Shown here in pieces: positions 59,689 through 64,000 of a stretch of DNA of 64,000 nucleotides. The notes beneath the pieces are model-generated. The model had not been told where the DNA came from. It ran no database searches and was given only the letters and a program-made list of their open reading frames with translations. Source of the DNA: Octopus vulgaris (taxonomy: Eukaryota); contig OX597814.1 of assembly GCA_951406725.2 (NCBI GenBank), positions 117,366,001-117,430,000 on the forward strand. The letters run 5' to 3'. Numbering within the stretch: the first letter of the stretch is position 1; each line of letters opens with the position of its first letter. A program made the position numbers and the translations under genes.

Positions 59689-62600
59689 TCATGTGGTGTA
59701 GTGTGGAGAGAGGAGAAGAGGGGAGGGGAATAGAGGGGAGGAGAGGAGGAGAGGGAGGGGAGGGGAAAGGACGGGGAGGGGGAAAGGACGGGGAGGGGAA
59801 GGAGGAAAGAGGGAGAGGGGAGAGAGAAGGGGAGTTAGGGAGCAGAGGAAAGGGGAAGAGGGAAGGAGGGAGGGAGAAAGAGGGGGAGAAGGAAGGGGAG
59901 GAGGAAAGAGCAAAGAGGGAGAGGGAGAGAGAGAAGGAGAGTGAGGGAGCAGAGGGAAGGGGAAGAGGGAAGGAGGGAGGGAGAAAGAGGGAGAAAGAGG
60001 GAAGAAGGGAAGGGGAGTAGGGGTGAAAGGATGAAGGACTGAAGAGAAGTAGGGGTCGGGGGGAGGTAGGTGAGGAGGGGGAGGCGGGGAGAGGGGGGTT
60101 AGATGAGGAGGGGGAGAGTTGAGACCAAATGGCGTATAAGAGCGAAGAGAGAAGATTAATTCCTGTTCACGGCGCAAACGGGAATCCGGATGGCCTCTGT
60201 GTAAGGACAAACCGAACACAGACCGGTGTTGCAAGGAGTGACCGGTGGAGCGGAAATGGCGTGAGACCGGTGCGTCGTTCGCAAGGTGGATGTCACGAAG
60301 GTGTTCCGCGAACCGGTCAGCCAAGCGGCGTCCCGTTTGTCCGATGTACAAGGAATGGCAGAGAGAGCAAGGGACACAATAGATAATATTGCTGGAGGTG
60401 TAGGTGAAGGAGTTGATGATGCGATAGGGTCGATGATGGGTGCTAGTGAGGAGGGTGGTGTTGGAGAAGTAAGGGCAAGTGCGGCAATGTGGGCGGGAGC
60501 AGGGGACCGAGCCGGGTTGGGAGGTAGGGTCAGGGAAGGAGCTATGGACTAAAAGGTCTCGAAGGTTGTGGGCTCGTTTGAAAGAGGGGAGGGGTCGGTT
60601 AGGGAAGAGGTGTGAAGTGGACGGGTCGGACTGGAGATGACGGAAAGCTCGAAGAATGGTGCGTTGGAGAGGTAGGGTCGTGGGGTGGTAAGTGAGGGGA
60701 AAAGGGAGGCGGGAGACTACAGGGCGGGTTCGGGGAGAGAGAGCAGATACACGGTCCACGGACCGTGCTCTGGCAAGGGCGGTGTGGATAGTGGTGAGGG
60801 GGTATCCACGTAGGGTGAAGTGGTGAACCATACGTTGAGACTGAGTCTCAAAGTCGTGGTCGTCACTACAGAGCCTACGTAGACGGAGGAATTGGGAATA
60901 GGGGATGGAAAGCTTGGTGTGTTCTGGGTGGGAGGAAGAGAAGTTGAGGTATGAGTGTGAGTCTGTGTGTTTGTAGTGAATGGAGGTGGTAAGAGTGGAG
61001 TGAAGAATGCTAACCGAAATGTCGAGGAAGGAGACAGAGGTGTTGGAGATAGTGGAAGTGAAGTGGAGGGCTGGATGGAAAGATTGGACGAAAGAGAGGA
61101 AGGAATCTAGATGTTCACGGGAGAGTGAGGTGGCACCGATAATGTCGTCAATGTAACGACCATATAGTTCAGGAGTGGGACCAGTGAAATTAGAGAATAT
61201 TTGGGCCTCAACATAGCCAACGAACAGGTTCGCATAGTTGGGGCCCATTCGCGTTCCCATGGCCACTCCCGAGATCTGATGGTAGAACTCGCCCGTGAAC
61301 TAGAAGCAGTTCAGAGTAAGGACAAGTTCGGCCAGACGAATGAGTGTGGAGGTGTCAGGTTCAGGGTTGGAGCGGAGGTCAAGAGAGTGTTGAAGGGCCT
61401 GCACTTCTTCGTGGTGAGGGATAACAGTATAGAGGCTTTGGATGTCCATAGTAAAAAGGATTTTGGAGGAGCCGGGAGGAAAGGAGAAAGAGTTGAAAAG
61501 CCGGAGAGCATGGTTGGTATCGTGGATGTGTGAGGGAAGAGATGCCACTAGGGGGGCCAGGACACGGTCGAGGTATTTAGAGATGAGCTCCGTGGGGCAG
61601 TTACAGGCGGAGACGATGGGGCGGCCAGGGTTGTTGGGTTTGTGGATTTTGGGGAGGAAGTAAATGGTGGGGGTACGTGGTGTTCGCACAATTAGGTTGG
61701 ATGCGGTGTGGGGGAGACGGGAGGACGAGATGAGGTCGCGGACAGTAGAGGATACCGTATGTTGGTAGCTACGTGTGGGGTTAGAGGGCAGAGGGAGGTA
61801 GAAGGGGGTGTCATTGAGTTGGCGGAAAGCCTCGGCCCTATAGAGGTCCGCGCGCCACACCACTACAGCTCCACCCTTGTCAGCCGGTTTGATGATAATG
61901 TCAGCGCGCCGTTGGAGGGAACGAAGAGCCAAGAGCTCAGCCGGGGAGATGTTGAGGCGGCGTTGGCGCCTGGAGAAGTTGAACCGCTCCAATGCACGCT
62001 GACAAGCGCCCGCGAAAAGATCCACTGCTAGGAACTGGCCAGGGGCAGGCGTCCACGGGGATGGTCGGCGGCCCAAGCCAGTGAAGCAGTCCTCTTTGTT
62101 GGGTGTGGGTGGTGAGTCATGGTAATGCGCACCCAACCGGACGCGGCGCACAAAGTTGTGGACATCAACTCGCGTCTGGAATTCCTTACAGGATGGAGTC
62201 AGGGGGATGAAACGCAGACCCTACTAAGGACGGAGCGTTCAGCCGCAGAGAGGGGAAGATCGGGGGGAATGGTAACAACAGACGGAAGTGGAGAAGGGGT
62301 GGGTGGAATAGAAGTAGGAGGGGTGATAGGTCTGGTGGAGGTCTGAGGGGGAGGGATTGGGGAGTTGTGTGGGGGTGGTTGGAGGGCAGTAGGGTTAGGT
62401 GTAGGTGGATGGAGCCTATCAGGAGGGGAGAAGGGGTTGTAGGGAGGGGCAGTTGGGTTAGGTGTGGGTGGATGGAGCCTATCGGGAGGGGAGAAGGGTA
62501 GTGGAGGAGATGGGGTAGTGGCGTCGGGTATGGTGGAATGGAGGAGTGATTGGAGTTTACGAAGTTTGGTGTCGGAAAGAAATTGATGGAAGAGGTGATT

Positions 62601-62881
62601 CAAATGGATAATGAAGCGTAGCGTGTTTGGAGCATAGAGAGGCGGCAGAGAGGAGAAGAATGTGGAGAAAGCAGGAGGAAGAAGGCGGTTGATGGTATGT
62701 AGTTTGGAGAGATTGGAGCGAATGGTGGCCCGCATAAGGCGGTAAGATGTGGTGCGGAGTATGGGTAAGATGGAAGAATCCGAGTGGAGAGCAGGGTGGA
62801 AGTGGAGGCGGAAACCTTTACGGATGAGTCGGTGATGTAGGCAGCGGCTTAGGAAAGAGACATGGCTAGAGAAGCGGGTAC
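59689..62881 (-). pseudogene. PLE RT-endonuclease polyprotein with one frameshift (~62222) and one in-frame TAG (61300-61302)
   Basis: HVSFLSRC..IRKG; LS(K)GLRFIP; IIKPADKGGAVVV; YFLPKIHKPNNPGRPIVS; MDIQSLYT; GVAMGTRMGPNYA; RYIDD; SFLDI; NIIYCVPCSLCHSLYIGQTGRRLADRFAEH; REQELIF...GLN. Confidence 0.92.
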
Positions 62882-63122
62882 ATATATATATACAGATATA
62901 TACACATGAATATATGGGTACAGGACATCACCAACTGTTCAAACAGCATGAAACATGTAAACAACGAGAAAAATGGAGAATAGGACACGTAAACACACTT
63001 CATCAGCTGTTGGTTGTCTATTTTCATCTCATTTCGAGTATTCAACGACATTTTCTATATATTATTTACCATCTGTTGTGGAACTGAACGCCACGCATCC
63101 ATTTAGAAGTTGTTACACCCCC

Positions 63123-63166
<44 letters not shown>

Positions 63167-63644
63167 CACAATCAAAGGTTACTATCCTCTTTCAGAGATT
63201 GCAAAATCCAATGATCGTAGTGCTTAATTACCTCTACAAAGAGTACTGAACATTATATTTGATATTCCATTGCAATGTAACTATATACACCGTAGTTTAT
63301 ATACATGTTATTTATTATAATTTTAAGATGAGAGATTTTTAAGGTAATTAATAATGTATTATTTATTAATTGAAAACGGACAAACATCCCTTACAGCTGC
63401 TTCAATTCAGGCTCTCTGAAAGTTAATTAATTTAATTAAAAATTATTTGTAAGTCGAATCTCTTGAGGAGTAGATAAAGGTATACAAAATAGGTGTTCAA
63501 TTTCCTCATTTTGAGTAAACAGTTGTAAACCGACACACACACACACATATATAACTGATTATATGTATGGGTATGCCTATGTTTCTGTTTATTCTATCTA
63601 CCCTCTTTCTCGCACTCCCTTCTTTCTTCTGTGTGTGTATATAT

Positions 63645-63831
63645 GTCGCCTTGATAGATCGGTAGCCACTAAACACATTCTTTATCTCCTTGTTTCTTTC
63701 TGTGTTCCTTTCTGTAGAAGAGCGTAGGTTCGAAACGTAAAATACTTTTTTCAATTCCTGAGCGTTATACTAATATATGTTTGTTTTCTACATCACCTGT
63801 CTTCGTCTTTTGTCTTTTCGTGAACTCTCCC
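63645..63831 (+). mobile_element. Solo pLTR-like element with a hammerhead-like motif (63709-63742), inverted relative to the PLE 3' pLTR
   Basis: cgccttg...tttCTGTAGA-A-GAGC-GTAG-GTTC-GAAA-CG-TA...ttcctgagcg...cacctgtcttcgtcttttgtc...ctccc|(TA)n. Confidence 0.78.
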
Positions 63832-64000
63832 TATATATATATATATATATATCTTCTTTATTTTACTGCATAAGAATATATAAAACTACGACTTTTTGTG
63901 AAATAATTGTTTGTTGGAATTGGCTCTCGAAAGACATAAATGCTATAAATGTTATAAATCTACATTCTGGGGTGAGAAACCCTGTTCAGTAGAAAACTCA

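Larger units (their letters stand above)
59297..62881 (-). mobile_element. Penelope-like retroelement (Neptune-like), near full length and 5'-truncated, with a 3' pLTR at 59297-59505
   Basis: RT plus GIY-YIG ORF; Cys-rich linker PCSRPHCRTC; 3' terminus ...CTTCCC abuts (TA)n; the terminus is homologous to the solo units elsewhere in the window. Confidence 0.92.

Noticed and set aside
59679-60020. Gly/Glu/Arg-rich plus-strand ORF and other plus-strand ORFs at 60.1-62.3 kb
   Set aside because: Antisense shadows of the PLE ORF and its purine-rich tract

Overview
Eukaryotic, AT-rich, gene-poor DNA saturated with (TA)n/(CA)n/(ATCT)n/(AAT)n microsatellites and transposable elements. The SINE families and repeat style resemble an octopus (coleoid cephalopod) genome; this is inferred by recognition, not by a search. 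I found no host protein-coding exon I can support, and nearly all listed ORFs are microsatellite or TE artefacts. The window contains: (1) a near-complete Penelope-like element (PLE; RT + GIY-YIG, 59.3-62.9 kb, minus); (2) a full-length defective mariner with TIRs and TA target duplication (39461-40746); (3) Tx1/L1-clade LINE pieces (ORF2 and two ORF1 relics); (4) two R4/Dong-type RLE retrotransposon fragments next to (AAT)n; (5) a small non-autonomous Helitron; (6) hAT and pogo transposase relics; (7) many copies of four tRNA-derived SINE families; (8) an inverted plus tandem local triplication at 16.9-20.2 kb. The most interesting signal is a dense set of short elements lodged mostly in (TA)n tracts. 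These include solo pLTR-like units with shared ends and minimal hammerhead-ribozyme motifs, one subfamily with a recurrent non-canonical core (CUG[U/C]NGA), two separate well-formed type I hammerheads (6446-6495, 49634-49682), and several one-armed foldback hairpins that look like inverted PLE termini.
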